Shown: in pieces, positions 26,929 through 34,978 of the stretch
Numbering within the stretch: the stretch's first letter is position 1
How the letters are laid out: each line of letters begins with the position of its first letter
Origin: a virus
Lineage: Duplodnaviria; Caudoviricetes
Virus record (IMG/VR): IMGVR_UViG_3300035154_000018
Location: 1-61,806 of that record
Strand: one strand, 5' to 3'
DNA length: 61,806 nt
Program-made: the position numbers and the translations under genes
The notes under the pieces: model-generated
Seen by the model: only the letters and a program-made list of their open reading frames with translations
Database searches by the model: none
Told to the model about the DNA's origin: nothing

Positions 26929-27219
26929 TTACTCGCCGACCGTTCCGCCCAGCAGCGTCTCGTCGGCGACCTTGTTGATCTTCTTGATGGCACGGGCCGT
27001 GCGGAACTTGTTGAAGCCCCACAGACCCGCGGCACCCAGACCGACGCCGGCCGCGACGGACGCACCGACGATGCTCCACTGCACGGTCGCGGCGATGCGG
27101 GTCGGGTTCTCCAGGATGGCGTCGACGACCTCGGTGACGACCGGGCTGGCCTCGACCACGGCGGAAGCGGCCTTCTTCGACGCGGAGGTGGCGGTGGTGA
27201 TGGTGGTCTCGGTGGTCAT
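26929..27219 (-). CDS. Cassette gene, membrane protein
   Basis: One TM helix; GAAAGG RBS; own promoter and downstream hairpin. Confidence 0.7.
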   Translation of the reverse strand: MTTETTITTATSASKKAASAVVEASPVVTEVVDAILENPTRIAATVQWSIVGASVAAGVGLGAAGLWGFNKFRTARAIKKINKVADETLLGGTVGE

Positions 27220-27245
27220 GGTGTTGCCTTTCGAAAAGTTTGAAT

Positions 27246-27276
27246 GGGTCTCATTGTAATGCATGTTTTTCGTGCG
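27246..27276 (-). promoter_or_regulatory. Repeated phage promoter motif
   Basis: CGCACGAAAAACATGCATTACAATGAGACCC. Confidence 0.7.
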
Positions 27277-27377
27277 GATGTTACTCACAGTCCGGGTCTA
27301 CGCCGTCCGCTAATGACTGAGCCGTCGGGCAGCCTCCACTCAAGAGGATCTGTACCCGTCTCATGACGTTCAGGTCA

Positions 27378-28160
27378 CTAGCCGCGAAATCGGCCGTAGT
27401 CCGGAATGGGCTGGGTCTTGAAGTCCATCGAGATGCAGGGCTTCTCGCCGTGGGCGATCTGAGACGAGATCCGGATCTCGAGCTTGCGATCAGAATTCCA
27501 GCCGACCTGCTCAGCATATGCTGTCGACGGCAGGCCAAGATACTGGTAGAACTCAGCCAACGATGCGTACCCATCGCTGAGTAGGGCGAAGTTGAGGTCG
27601 TTCTCCGCCGATCGCATTCCCTCGATGGTGTTCATGAAATACCGATCGCTGTACGCGTCGTAGCAGAGCTCACCGGTCGTAGCGCCGTAGATCTCGACGC
27701 CGGGCGTGTAGGACGTGTTGACGCGATCTTGGATGATCTCGTCCTGTAGTGCTGCCTCTTTCCTCTCGCCGAGCTTCTCGCGGACCTTATCCTTGTACTC
27801 GTCGAGAGTCTTCTCGGTGATGGTGTACGCCGCGGCGAGGCCGGCAGCACGTCGTGCACCGACCTTGTTAGCGCCGATGATGCAGGCGGTCGTAGCGACG
27901 AGAGTGGTGGCCGCGGGGATATACAGCCTCCAGACCAGCTCGAAGCGATCCTTGATGAGTTCCTTGGCATCGCGGCGATCTTCTTCGCTGCGGTAGTCGA
28001 GTCCTTCCTTGAGCCGGATCATGTCCGAGGCCTGCCAGGACGCCTTACCCGCAAGATATGCGGTGGTGATGGCGCCCATGACTCCGACCGAGGTGAGTAT
28101 GGACGGCGAGTGATCGATGGCGAGCTTTGCTCCTCGCCGAGCCAGATCTGCGAACGTCAT
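27378..28160 (-). CDS. DUF6353-like protein, paralog of 23477-24418
   Basis: HSPSIL + TM helix; GYASLAEFY..LG...GW...MDF. Confidence 0.75.
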   Translation of the reverse strand: MTFADLARRGAKLAIDHSPSILTSVGVMGAITTAYLAGKASWQASDMIRLKEGLDYRSEEDRRDAKELIKDRFELVWRLYIPAATTLVATTACIIGANKVGARRAAGLAAAYTITEKTLDEYKDKVREKLGERKEAALQDEIIQDRVNTSYTPGVEIYGATTGELCYDAYSDRYFMNTIEGMRSAENDLNFALLSDGYASLAEFYQYLGLPSTAYAEQVGWNSDRKLEIRISSQIAHGEKPCISMDFKTQPIPDYGRFRG

Positions 28161-28511
28161 TTATAGTTCCTTCGTGTTCTCGAAGATTTGCTCGTCGGCG
28201 AGTCGGTCCATCTCGTCGTAGTACGCGAGGGCGGTTGCGGTCGGCACCATGACGAGCTGGTGGAACACGGCTCCGTTGGCGGCGAACCTGGTCACGTAGG
28301 ACTCTTCGAAGAAGCCCTCGTGAGCGACAGCTTCTTTCGCACGGCGGACGATTTCCTTGTTCGAGTGCCGGCTCTTGTAGGTATTGCTGATCTTCTTCTT
28401 TTCCTGATACTCGAAGATCACGAGATCCACGCCGAGGATAACGACGATAGCAATGACGAAGATCTCGAAGATGACCACGAGGATGTTGAAGGATTCGAGC
28501 GTTGCAATCAT
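28161..28511 (-). CDS. Membrane protein
   Basis: N-terminal TM helix. Confidence 0.7.
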   Translation of the reverse strand: MIATLESFNILVVIFEIFVIAIVVILGVDLVIFEYQEKKKISNTYKSRHSNKEIVRRAKEAVAHEGFFEESYVTRFAANGAVFHQLVMVPTATALAYYDEMDRLADEQIFENTKEL

Positions 28512-28552
28512 GATTGGGATCCCGCCTGTTTACTGGTTATTGTGGCGTGGTG

Positions 28553-28590
28553 AAAAACAAAACTCTAATACCGGGTTAGGGTATTAGAGT
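28553..28590 (-). terminator. Intrinsic terminator
   Basis: ACTCTAATACC/GGTATTAGAGT hairpin then TTTGTTTTT. Confidence 0.75.
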
Positions 28591-28600
28591 CAGTTGAGAA

Positions 28601-28801
28601 TCACTTGGTGGGGATGTACTCCAGGAACTCGTCGGAGAGTCCCTTCTCCGTGATGAACTGGTTGGCGACCTCGAAAGCCTTGCCGTACACCTTCTTGGCC
28701 ACGACAGCGGTGACTGTGGCGGTGACAAGGATGGCGATGGGGGTTTCGTGGGCGACAACGAAGTTCTTCGTAGCGGAGAGGGTCTTCTTGATGGGGTTCA
28801 T
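28601..28801 (-). CDS. Cassette gene, small membrane protein
   Basis: AAGGAG RBS; TM helix. Confidence 0.7.
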   Translation of the reverse strand: MNPIKKTLSATKNFVVAHETPIAILVTATVTAVVAKKVYGKAFEVANQFITEKGLSDEFLEYIPTK

Positions 28802-28824
28802 GGTGCTCCTTTTATGGGGGTCAT

Positions 28825-28856
28825 GGGTCTCATTATAATCCATGTTTTTTCTGCGA
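28825..28856 (-). promoter_or_regulatory. Repeated phage promoter motif
   Basis: TCGCAGAAAAAACATGGATTATAATGAGACCC. Confidence 0.75.
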
Positions 28857-28866
28857 GACCCGAACC

Positions 28867-28989
28867 TCAGTGAGCCGCCATGCATCTCCGGTAATGTCTC
28901 GAGGCGTATGTGATGCCGGCGAACAAAGCAGCCTTAAAGCTTACCGCCACGGCGATGGCCTTAAGAACCGTCTTCTGGTCTTTGGTCAT
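28867..28989 (-). CDS. Small membrane peptide (40 aa, not in ORF track)
   Basis: MTKDQKTVLKAIAVAVSF... after AAAGGA. Confidence 0.5.
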   Translation of the reverse strand: MTKDQKTVLKAIAVAVSFKAALFAGITYASRHYRRCMAAH

Positions 28990-29122
28990 GTGTACGTCCT
29001 TTCTTGGTCAGTTTTTTGATGCCGAAGAACATGCCTTGGAATATCATCGCGACGGTAGTCGGGAGAGCCAGCACCGCGAAGACGACCAAAGCTAACTTGA
29101 GTCCGACGAGGAAGACGGCCAT
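28961..29122 (-). CDS. Small membrane protein
   Basis: Hydrophobic helix; ATG right after upstream stop. Confidence 0.6.
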   Translation of the reverse strand: MAVFLVGLKLALVVFAVLALPTTVAMIFQGMFFGIKKLTKKGRTHDQRPEDGS

Positions 29123-29123
29123 G

Positions 29124-29342
29124 TCACTTGCAGATCCTCTCCACGATCTTGACAGCCGCCCAGACCCCACCGATGGTCAGAGCAGCGTGCGTGATGAGGT
29201 CCTTGGCGACCTCGGCGTAGGCGGCCGCGATCTCGACTCCCTCGTAAGGGTTGCGATCCGGGTCGAGGATGTTGTCGGTGGGTGAGCTGTCGTCTTTGAC
29301 GACCTTGACCTGGAATGCCCGGTTACGGAGGAAACGAGACAT
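29124..29342 (-). CDS. Small protein with C-terminal TM helix
   Basis: 72 aa; AAGGA RBS. Confidence 0.7.
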   Translation of the reverse strand: MSRFLRNRAFQVKVVKDDSSPTDNILDPDRNPYEGVEIAAAYAEVAKDLITHAALTIGGVWAAVKIVERICK

Positions 29343-29351
29343 GATGATCCT

Positions 29352-29546
29352 TTACTGGTTGTCGATGAACTCGTAGAAGTTGCCGTAGGGAACGGTCGGG
29401 TCCAGTCCGATCTCGAGAATGAGACCCTGTCGCCTGCGTACTAACACACCGTGTGTTCCGGTTTGCAACATACGTTCACACCATTCCTCAAGAAGATCGT
29501 GGTCTTTCTTGAGTACGCGATCTAGTTGCTCTTGGAATGAGTCCAC
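29352..29546 (-). CDS. Hypothetical protein
   Basis: GTG overlapping upstream TAG. Confidence 0.6.
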   Translation of the reverse strand: MDSFQEQLDRVLKKDHDLLEEWCERMLQTGTHGVLVRRRQGLILEIGLDPTVPYGNFYEFIDNQ

Positions 29547-29734
29547 TACGACCGGAGGTAGTTCTCGGTGGACGTCATGGTCAGTGTGGTACCGAGGCAG
29601 ACCTGCAGACGGTCGAACCACGGGTCATCTTTGTTGGCCTCAAGAAAGGCCTTGACCTCGTCCGGCGTGCCGTTGAAGATGGGCTCGTTGTTGACGCCGA
29701 GAACGACGTCGAAGTAGGTGCCGATGTCACCCAT
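29546..29734 (-). CDS. Hypothetical protein
   Basis: 62 aa; AAAGGA RBS. Confidence 0.7.
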   Translation of the reverse strand: MGDIGTYFDVVLGVNNEPIFNGTPDEVKAFLEANKDDPWFDRLQVCLGTTLTMTSTENYLRS

Positions 29735-29749
29735 GATTGATCCTTTCTG

Positions 29750-30139
29750 TTAAATGTCGGTGAAGGTGTAACCACCCACACGAGGCCGGCGTGGATCGCC
29801 GGAGATATGCTCGCAAAGACTGGAGATTTTGAGATTCAAATCGCGAGCTGCCGCTGTCAGTGTGGGGTATTCTGTACCGGTTTCGTTGCAACGTACAGGA
29901 CGAGAAACCCCGCGACGCCGAGGACCGGTTACCATGGGTTGAGGCTCGAACGGTTTAGCACCCTCTAGACGAACAAAGGTGTAACCGCTTACGTGTCTAC
30001 ACTTATCGCGGCTTGATAAATGTAACGCCATGGTGGACGCCGATAGACCAAGAGCATAGACCGCCTGTTTAATGCTGCTGAAAATATCTCCTGTCTGTTC
30101 GCATCGGATGGGGACTGGTGTGTGTTTCTTGTCTGTCAA
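29750..30139 (-). CDS. Tandem NUMOD1-like DNA-binding protein
   Basis: Two copies of P(I/V)RC..TG....AA..L...GYTF. Confidence 0.7.
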   Translation of the reverse strand: MTDKKHTPVPIRCEQTGDIFSSIKQAVYALGLSASTMALHLSSRDKCRHVSGYTFVRLEGAKPFEPQPMVTGPRRRGVSRPVRCNETGTEYPTLTAAARDLNLKISSLCEHISGDPRRPRVGGYTFTDI

Positions 30140-30264
30140 GCGCCGCGCACCTCTCGAATGACGATCCAGATCAGCCAGAAGCCGCCGGTTATGACGATCA
30201 TGAAGCAGTCGAAGATGAAATTGAACACGTTGTACTTACGGCGACCATTCCGAGTCGTTGCCAT
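30136..30264 (-). CDS. Small membrane protein
   Basis: ATG at 30264 after GAAAGG; ITGGFWLIWI. Confidence 0.65.
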   Translation of the reverse strand: MATTRNGRRKYNVFNFIFDCFMIVITGGFWLIWIVIREVRGA

Positions 30265-30370
30265 GACAGTGCCTTTCGAACGAGGGGTGAGTGAAAAGGT
30301 GAGCCCGTGTATGAACTCCACGCAAATGGATGGGTTCTAGTACGTCAGCTCTCGATGCAGTGACGACGCA

Positions 30371-30403
30371 GGGGTCTCATATTAGTACATGTTTTTTCTG
30401 CGA
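30371..30403 (-). promoter_or_regulatory. Repeated phage promoter motif
   Basis: TCGCAGAAAAAACATGTACTAATATGAGACCCC. Confidence 0.7.
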
Positions 30404-30406
30404 GGA

Positions 30407-30487
30407 AGAAAAAAATAAGAGAGGTATTCGAATTACTGGTGGGTTAGGCCAGAAACCCTCGGACTTTCTCCGGTCGGTTTTCCTCTC
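30407..30487 (-). ncRNA. Candidate small structured RNA (ORF-less cassette)
   Basis: Between two promoter motifs; GAGAGG/CCTCTC closing stem, two inner hairpins, T7 run. Confidence 0.45.
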
Positions 30488-30512
30488 ATTATAGCGTATG
30501 TTTTTCCTGCGA
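30482..30512 (-). promoter_or_regulatory. Repeated phage promoter motif
   Basis: TCGCAGGAAAAACATACGCTATAATGAGAGG. Confidence 0.7.
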
Positions 30513-30517
30513 AAGGC

Positions 30518-30553
30518 AAAAAAGGATAGGACGTGTTTTTAGCACGTCCTTCC
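30518..30553 (-). terminator. Intrinsic terminator
   Basis: AGGACGTG/CACGTCCT hairpin, T-run on minus strand. Confidence 0.7.
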
Positions 30554-30582
30554 TCGTGAGCGTCTTTGTCAGGGGGTCTCTG

Positions 30583-30876
30583 TTACTTCACGGACTTACC
30601 GATGAGGGACATCGCCTTGGACGTCACGACACCGAGCTTCTCGAAGTTGAGGATCAGGATGATTCCGAGGAGACTACCGCCGGCCGCGAGAACTGCATCA
30701 GCACTCGGACGCCAAGCAGGGTTGACTTCCTGCTTGAGCTTCATGAGTTTGACGAGGTTGTCCGCGGTTTCGGCGTAGTCTTCGTTGGAACCCTCCATGA
30801 CCTTCAGCTCTTCGAGCAGGTCGGAAATCGCAATGTCAAGGGCGACGTTCTGAGGGGTCTTATTGAAGTTAAACAT
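30583..30876 (-). CDS. Cassette gene, membrane protein
   Basis: AGGAG RBS; C-terminal hydrophobic helix. Confidence 0.75.
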   Translation of the reverse strand: MFNFNKTPQNVALDIAISDLLEELKVMEGSNEDYAETADNLVKLMKLKQEVNPAWRPSADAVLAAGGSLLGIILILNFEKLGVVTSKAMSLIGKSVK

Positions 30877-30894
30877 AGGTTCTCCTAGGGCATA

Positions 30895-30927
30895 GGGGTC
30901 TCATACTAACCCATGTTTTCCCTGCGA
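30895..30927 (-). promoter_or_regulatory. Repeated phage promoter motif
   Basis: TCGCAGGGAAAACATGGGTTAGTATGAGACCCC. Confidence 0.75.
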
Positions 30928-30944
30928 GGACCGATATGCCTGAA

Positions 30945-31343
30945 TTAGGCAGCGGGGGGAGTTGTCTGTGGTTCGTCGGATGTGTCCACCGGCGTGTTGT
31001 TCACCACGGTCAGCGTCACCTTGTCCTTGGATGCCAATTCCTCGATGCTCGAACCCTTACGCACACCGAGCGCGGGGAACTTCTCCCCGTCAACCTGGTT
31101 AACGATGAACTCGCCGTCGGGAGCGTTGGCCGTCTTGTTGTACTGGCTGGTGGAATATGCCAGGAACACACCACCGAACGTGATCAGTAGGTTGATGGTG
31201 CCGTTCACACCGGGAACCCGATTGAAGTCCCACACCTGCGCGAGACCGAAGTAGAAAGCACCGACAGCCGGCAGGAAGACCGTGATGGTCCACTTGAGCC
31301 GGTTGTACCACTTGTTGGTGAGAGGAACCTTAGTGGGAGTCAT
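30945..31343 (-). CDS. Holin (Dp-1-like) with soluble C-terminal extension
   Basis: LTNKWYNRLKW...LPAVGAFYFGLAQVW; two TM helices; AAGGAGG RBS. Confidence 0.7.
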   Translation of the reverse strand: MTPTKVPLTNKWYNRLKWTITVFLPAVGAFYFGLAQVWDFNRVPGVNGTINLLITFGGVFLAYSTSQYNKTANAPDGEFIVNQVDGEKFPALGVRKGSSIEELASKDKVTLTVVNNTPVDTSDEPQTTPPAA

Positions 31344-31680
31344 CGTCATCCTCCTTAGTGATGATTTGTGTGAATTGAACAGTTCGGAATGGAAGACGTC
31401 CGACGTCCTTGGCAATGCGCTCCGCCACGCCATTCCCACCCATATCCTTGTAAGGCTCTACGAGGTATTTGAGGTACTCCTCGTATTCGTCTTTCGTGAC
31501 GTAGCCTCGCTGAATAAAGGCCATGCCGAGCGTCACGATCTTGTCGTATGCCAGCCCCATCAAGAGACGGGCTTGGGCGGTGTGCGTCTTGTTTCTTCCT
31601 TGGACATAGCCCCACATACCAGAAGAAGCAAGTACACCCCCAATTGCGGCAACAAGCGCAATGATCATTTCCTCGGACAT
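31330..31680 (-). CDS. Membrane protein of lysis/tail end region
   Basis: N-terminal TM; Y..MGGNG motif. Confidence 0.7.
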   Translation of the reverse strand: MSEEMIIALVAAIGGVLASSGMWGYVQGRNKTHTAQARLLMGLAYDKIVTLGMAFIQRGYVTKDEYEEYLKYLVEPYKDMGGNGVAERIAKDVGRLPFRTVQFTQIITKEDDDDSH

Positions 31681-31695
31681 CTACTACCTCGTTCT

Positions 31696-32688
31696 TTAGG
31701 TCGTTTCCTTCCATACCCCCGCGTCACGGCCCCAAGGACGAGCAAGTTTCCAACTACCACTGTCATGCACGTATGGAATAGCCTCTTTCCATTCGTTGCC
31801 TACGTTGATCCAGGCACCTGCAATGGTTCGTTCGGTGGCTACGGGTGACCATGCGCCCCAGCCAGCAGCGTTTTGGACCCTACCCCACACATAGTACGTG
31901 GTCGCCGGTTGTAGGCCGGTGATCGTCAGGACATCGTTGTTGTACGTAACGATGGTTGCGCCTGTAGTGCTATTGGTTATGTTATATGCAATCTGCCTAC
32001 CTGTGATGGTAAGGCCACCGCCACCATTGTCTTGGAACGAGACGTCGAACGTCGTCTGACTGGGGCCAGTGGTAATGGGCTGGAAGGGCGCGGGCGGAGC
32101 ACTCAGCGTCTTAGCTGACGCTACACTTGACCAAGGAGAATATCCCTTAGCGTTGTGCGTCCGAGCCCAGTAGTAGTACGTCGTCGCAGCGTTAAGACCT
32201 GTGAAGGTCGTATCGCGGTCGACGTTGAAGACAGTTGCACCGGAAGTGGTGTTGCTGGTATTACGAGCGGTCTGCCAGTTGTCGATGGACGCGCCGTTGT
32301 CATCGCCGGAATTCCACTTAACTCTCATCGAGTTAGCAGTAATCTCGGAAATGGCGGGTTTGGAGGGAGCATCGGGAGCGGCTGCTCGATCGATGCTCAC
32401 ACTCAAGGTGGTGGGTCCACCGAAACCACTGGTGCCCGTATCAAAGATGCGGAAGGTCACGGTCTGGTCGGACGTGACACTCCAGCTGCCGAGCTTCTTC
32501 CAGCCATCGTCCTGGCCGTAGTCAACCTGACGATCGTTGTTGGTGGAGCCATTGACCGTATAGCCCCACGGTAGCTCGTGAGCGTAGGTGCTGGATCCTT
32601 GATTCGTGAGCCAGAATTCGACGGTCGGGTTATTCACCCGAATCATCATCTTGCCGGAACCGCCCGTGTTCTTCTGGTAATCAGTCAC
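31696..32688 (-). CDS. Minor tail protein with two fibronectin type III domains
   Basis: Two GL..ATTYY.W.R..N..G...WS repeats. Confidence 0.8.
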   Translation of the reverse strand: MTDYQKNTGGSGKMMIRVNNPTVEFWLTNQGSSTYAHELPWGYTVNGSTNNDRQVDYGQDDGWKKLGSWSVTSDQTVTFRIFDTGTSGFGGPTTLSVSIDRAAAPDAPSKPAISEITANSMRVKWNSGDDNGASIDNWQTARNTSNTTSGATVFNVDRDTTFTGLNAATTYYYWARTHNAKGYSPWSSVASAKTLSAPPAPFQPITTGPSQTTFDVSFQDNGGGGLTITGRQIAYNITNSTTGATIVTYNNDVLTITGLQPATTYYVWGRVQNAAGWGAWSPVATERTIAGAWINVGNEWKEAIPYVHDSGSWKLARPWGRDAGVWKETT

Positions 32689-32690
32689 GG

Positions 32691-32933
32691 TTAGCTCACG
32701 ATCTTGAAGTAAATGTCTCCGTCAACGCCACCGGTGGGATTGGCTGTCCCTGAGGATATGCCAGCTGCGGTACGGTAAGCCGTCCTACCGACAGGGATCA
32801 TCGCCTTGAGCCCTGCGAGGAAATCCCGGGTGCGGTTAATCTCTTTGGCACCCCAGCGAACGCGAGCCTCATCACCGCCAGTCTCGTTAACGATGGTGTA
32901 TCCAGCAGCGACAGCTGCATCACCGACTGCCAT
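32691..32933 (-). CDS. Small minor tail protein
   Basis: EINRTRD; GTANPTGGVDGDIYFK. Confidence 0.65.
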   Translation of the reverse strand: MAVGDAAVAAGYTIVNETGGDEARVRWGAKEINRTRDFLAGLKAMIPVGRTAYRTAAGISSGTANPTGGVDGDIYFKIVS

Positions 32934-32948
32934 GTCAAACCTCCTTCG

Positions 32949-34142
32949 CTAGGGCTGGTCAGCCCAGTACGGGATGATAACTTCTGCATCCCACTCGAGC
33001 CATGTCTTGTTGTAGAGAGACGAGAACCAGGCACCCGCGGGAATGAACTCGTTGAGTGTCAGTGTCGGATATGCGCGTTCGCCTTCGTTGTCGGACGCGA
33101 AGATGATCTCCGTGGCCCGCATACGATTGGATACACCATCGTCGTTACGCACCTCGACAAGATCGCCGCAGTAGTAGTCTCTACCGGGCTTGTACTGACT
33201 GTTCTGACTGATCTCGCCATCCAAGGACTGGATGGGTTTCAGCTTGGCCAGTTCCGCATTTCCTCGCAAGATGAGCGCATTCGTCACGTCCGTAGGCGTC
33301 GTGTACACATCTGACGTAACGTCCGTGGCATTGACGATGAGGACTCTGCGCTCAAATCCCTCTACGTCAGGCTCTACGTCAGGCGAATACACCATCTCGA
33401 AACCCGCCGGCGAAAATACGTAGGCGACGTTCTTCACGGTTTCCGTGGTGGAAAGTTCCGTTGTGTTCTGCAGGTTGTCCAGTTGCGGCGAGAACACCAC
33501 CGCCGGCAGTGTGGTCTGTCCTGTGGTTCGATCAGCCCCGACGTAAATATCAAACCAGATCTGAGACATGTCTCCTCGTCGGAGGAGTCTGAATCCGAAG
33601 TCATAGCTGTCAGCCAGCTGGACAAGCGCGTCGTATACCGTCGCAGGCTCAATGGTCACCTCGACAAGATCGGTGGACTCGGGGATATTGCTGGCCTCCG
33701 CGAACGTTCCCTCGTTGATGAAGGGAATGATGTCCTGGGCACTCAGAGTCCCGGTAACACAAATGTCGTGGAATATCTTCCTAGCGGCATCAGTGGGCGT
33801 AAGACCAGCAATATCCCACGAGGGCGTGGTGGTGGTATCGGTCAGAGACAAGGCTGCGACACGGTCGTACAAAATCGCCTCGAGAGAACGACCTTTGACC
33901 ACCAGCATCCGAGCGTTGTTATCGTCGACGCTGTCTTCGACAGAATCGATTTTCATCACGCGGTTGGACATGTCCATGGCCAACTGAACGTCGACCTTGA
34001 ATATGGAACGCGTACGGAAGCTCGAGGCGATGTGCAACTCGAAGTCACCGTACTGCTTGTACCGCTCGGTCCAGATAAGCGATTCGAAATCCTCGATCAG
34101 ATCCACTCGCCGCAACAGGGCATCGAGCGTGTACACCTCCAT
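32949..34142 (-). CDS. Minor tail / baseplate hub protein (ReqiPepy6 gp37-like)
   Basis: FESLIWTERY..GDFEL; DYYCGDLV; second gene after tape measure. Confidence 0.8.
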   Translation of the reverse strand: MEVYTLDALLRRVDLIEDFESLIWTERYKQYGDFELHIASSFRTRSIFKVDVQLAMDMSNRVMKIDSVEDSVDDNNARMLVVKGRSLEAILYDRVAALSLTDTTTTPSWDIAGLTPTDAARKIFHDICVTGTLSAQDIIPFINEGTFAEASNIPESTDLVEVTIEPATVYDALVQLADSYDFGFRLLRRGDMSQIWFDIYVGADRTTGQTTLPAVVFSPQLDNLQNTTELSTTETVKNVAYVFSPAGFEMVYSPDVEPDVEGFERRVLIVNATDVTSDVYTTPTDVTNALILRGNAELAKLKPIQSLDGEISQNSQYKPGRDYYCGDLVEVRNDDGVSNRMRATEIIFASDNEGERAYPTLTLNEFIPAGAWFSSLYNKTWLEWDAEVIIPYWADQP

Positions 34143-34978
34143 TACAAGCCTCCGTACCGATTGTTGAAATCGACGAACACGGGTTCGGGGTTGGTCGCTG
34201 CCGCAAAGAGATAGAAGAGATTGTCCCCCTTGGACAGTTGAACCCAGGTGGAATCAGCCGAGACGGCCCAGAGCAGCGACGTGACGACACTTGCTCGCGT
34301 CATGGTGATGCTCTTCTGTCCGTTGATCGTACACATCTCGACGAGATCGCCCACAATCAGCGGTGCTGACACGAGCATGGTAGTGAGATCGCCGTTGGGC
34401 GCAGTGTGGTAAATCGTGAACTCGCTCAACGTACGACCCGCGGTGAATGACAGCGACGTCAAACCGGTCGGCACAGATCCGTCCACATGGATCGTGTGTG
34501 GAGCGGTATCCGTGGTCTGGAATATGCCGTGAATCTCCACCGTATTCGGATCGACGAAATCGGGATCGAAGCAGATGATGGAAATGTTCGTCTCTGGTTC
34601 TTGTGCCCAGAGCGGAGCAGAACAATCCTCGACTCGCCCCATCGACGTTATTACGAGACCATTCATCTTGTAAAAGGTCATCGTAACAGCATCGCCAGGC
34701 ATGAAGAAATCGTAGAGCAAGTCCCGCAAATCACTGACTTCTTGATTGACGCTGTAGTTAGGTGCGTACCCCAACGTGATCGTGATATTGCGGGACGTGA
34801 CGGACGTTGCTTGATACTGCTGGCCTTTCATCGTCGCGAAGTTAGAGGTGATGATGGAGGCCTTGACCGGGTCAAGGCCTCCAATCTCCTTCACGACAAA
34901 GCCATTCGAAATATCCCTCAAAGAGAGAGATAGCAGGTCGCCCTGCGAGTTCGTGACTTCGACTTTGTCAATAGACAT
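34142..34978 (-). CDS. Distal tail protein
   Basis: Directly after tape measure; W..L..GDN C-terminal motif. Confidence 0.8.
   Translation of the reverse strand: MSIDKVEVTNSQGDLLSLSLRDISNGFVVKEIGGLDPVKASIITSNFATMKGQQYQATSVTSRNITITLGYAPNYSVNQEVSDLRDLLYDFFMPGDAVTMTFYKMNGLVITSMGRVEDCSAPLWAQEPETNISIICFDPDFVDPNTVEIHGIFQTTDTAPHTIHVDGSVPTGLTSLSFTAGRTLSEFTIYHTAPNGDLTTMLVSAPLIVGDLVEMCTINGQKSITMTRASVVTSLLWAVSADSTWVQLSKGDNLFYLFAAATNPEPVFVDFNNRYGGL

Noticed and set aside
31343-31349. Holin dual-start motif (Met-Thr-Met)
   Set aside because: First ATG abuts the Shine-Dalgarno with no spacer and adds no charged residue.
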